64,000 bases of DNA from Macrostomum hystrix (Eukaryota; Animalia; Platyhelminthes), in NCBI GenBank assembly GCA_950097015.1, contig CATNEN010000039.1, positions 6,696,001 through 6,760,000 on the forward strand, given 5' to 3'. The notes under the pieces were generated by a model that saw only the letters and a list, made by a program, of their open reading frames with translations, did not search any database and was not told where the DNA came from. A program made the translations under genes and the position numbers. Positions 62,462 through 64,000 of this stretch are shown here, piece after piece (the first letter of the stretch is position 1; every line of letters starts with the position of its first letter).

Positions 62462-63684
62462 AGAGATAAGACAGGGGAGAGATGAGGCAGCGGAGAGATG
62501 AGACATAGGAGAGATGAGGCAGGGGAGAGATGAGACATAGGAGAGATGAGACTGAGTAGAGATGAGACATAGGAGAGATGAGGCAGGGGAGAGATGAGAC
62601 ATAGGAGAGATGAGACTGAGTAGAGATGAGACATAGGAGAGATGAGACATAGGAGAGATGAGACTGAGTAGAGATGAGACATAGGAGAGATGAGACTGAG
62701 TAGAGATGAGACATAGGAGAGATGAGACATAGGAGAGATGAGACAATAGAGAGATGAGACATAGGAGAAATGAGGCAGGGGAGAGTTGAGACATAGGAGA
62801 GATGAGATATAGGAGAGATAAGACATAGGAGAGATAAGACTGAGTAGAGATGAGACATAGGAGAGATGAGATATAGGAGAGATGAGACATAGGAGAGATG
62901 AGACTGAGTAGAGATGAGACATAGGAGAGATGAGACTGAGTAGAGATGAGACATAGGAGAGATGAGACTGAGTAGAGATGAGACATAGGAGAGATGAGAC
63001 AATAGAGAGATGAGACATAGGAGAAATGAGGCAGGGGAGAGTTGAGACATAGGAGAGATGAGATATAGGAGAGATGAGACATAGGAGAGATGAGACTGAG
63101 TAGAGATGAGACATAGGAGAGATGAGACTGAGTAGAGATGAGACATAGGAGAGATGAGACTGAGTAGAGATGAGACATAGGAGAGATGAGACAATAGAGA
63201 GATGAGACATAGGAGAAATGAGGCAGGGGAGAGTTGAGACATAGGAGAGATGAGATATAGGAGAGATAAGACATAGGAGAGATAAGACTGAGTAGAGATG
63301 AGACATAGGAGAGATGAGACTGAGTAGAGATGAGACATAGGAGAGATGAGACATAGGAAAGATGAGACATATGAGAGATGAGACATAGGAGAGATGAGAC
63401 ATAGGAGAGATGAGACAATAGAGAGATGAGACATAGGAGAAATGAGGCAGGGGAGAGTTGAGACATAGGAGAGATGAGATATAGGAGAGATAAGACATAG
63501 GAGAGATAAGACTGAGTAGAGATGAGACATAGGAGAGATGAGACTGAGTAGAGATGAGTCATAGGAGAGATGAGACATAGGAAAGATGAGACATATGAGA
63601 GATGAGTCATAGGAGAGATGAGACATAGGAGAGATGAGATATAGGAGAGATGAGACATATGAGAGATGAGACATAGGAGAGATG
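62462..63684. repeat. ~16-bp purine-rich minisatellite (gagatgagacatagga)
   Basis: Source of the spurious 365-438 aa ORFs. Confidence 0.96.
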
Positions 63685-63971
63685 GGGGACAGCAACATGC
63701 CAAGATTAGGCTCCAGAACTAATAAATCGCTTGGATCGGGCAGTATCTAGGCCGACTCCTGACCCAGAAGCAAAGCCTAGGTCGTGTAGTAGCAGCCGCT
63801 AGAGAACGGTGCGATCGGCTGAAGGACTTGGGAGGCCTCAAGAAACTCAGGGCCGGCTGATTGGCCAAGAAGTTAGTAGATTTTGGCCTCTACAGTCAGT
63901 CCACCAACAGAATATAAATAACTTTCGCTTCCTAATTTAAACTCGCCTACTCTAGCCGACGCTTTTTTCAC

Positions 63972-63985
63972 GTCTCCATGGTAAC
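63972..63985. promoter_or_regulatory. RFX X-box match GTCTCCATGGTAAC
   Basis: Fits GTHNYYATRRNAAC exactly; the target gene is not visible in this window. Confidence 0.45.
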
Positions 63986-64000
63986 ACGATGACACAGTCA

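Noticed and set aside
62382-63703. 365-438 aa minus-strand ORFs
   Set aside because: Translation of the ~16-bp minisatellite, open in all three frames.

Overview
Eukaryotic (metazoan) genomic DNA with GT-AG introns and about 40 tandem-repeat arrays. The style (GC-rich exons, introns filled with ~20-bp minisatellites) suggests a free-living flatworm such as Macrostomum, but that is inference. Hand-built gene models: 3' end of an unidentified gene (1-215, +); inositol polyphosphate multikinase IPMK (3755-6756, -, 3 exons); P4-ATPase flippase of the ATP11 class (16456-28490, +); TRPM-like cation channel with N-terminal ankyrin repeats (33681-43721, +); RPGRIP1L/MKS5-like ciliary protein apparently lacking the central C2 domains (45431-55582, -); and an orphan 3-exon gene (57779-60613, +). 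Also present are tRNA-derived SINEs, a MITE, Helentron/DINE-like fragments and a 5.4-kb satellite block. Most long ORFs in the supplied track are artefacts of repeats. The most striking signals are: (i) a minisatellite built from the IPMK intron1/exon2 junction, giving seven tandem acceptors plus a displaced second copy; (ii) many introns carrying their own array, with G-rich units near donors and C-rich units near acceptors; (iii) arrays whose monomer is a recognisable regulatory motif (about 20 Pol III B-boxes in a TRP intron; RFX X-box-like units inside the ciliary gene). Nothing prokaryotic (CRISPR, rRNA) is present.
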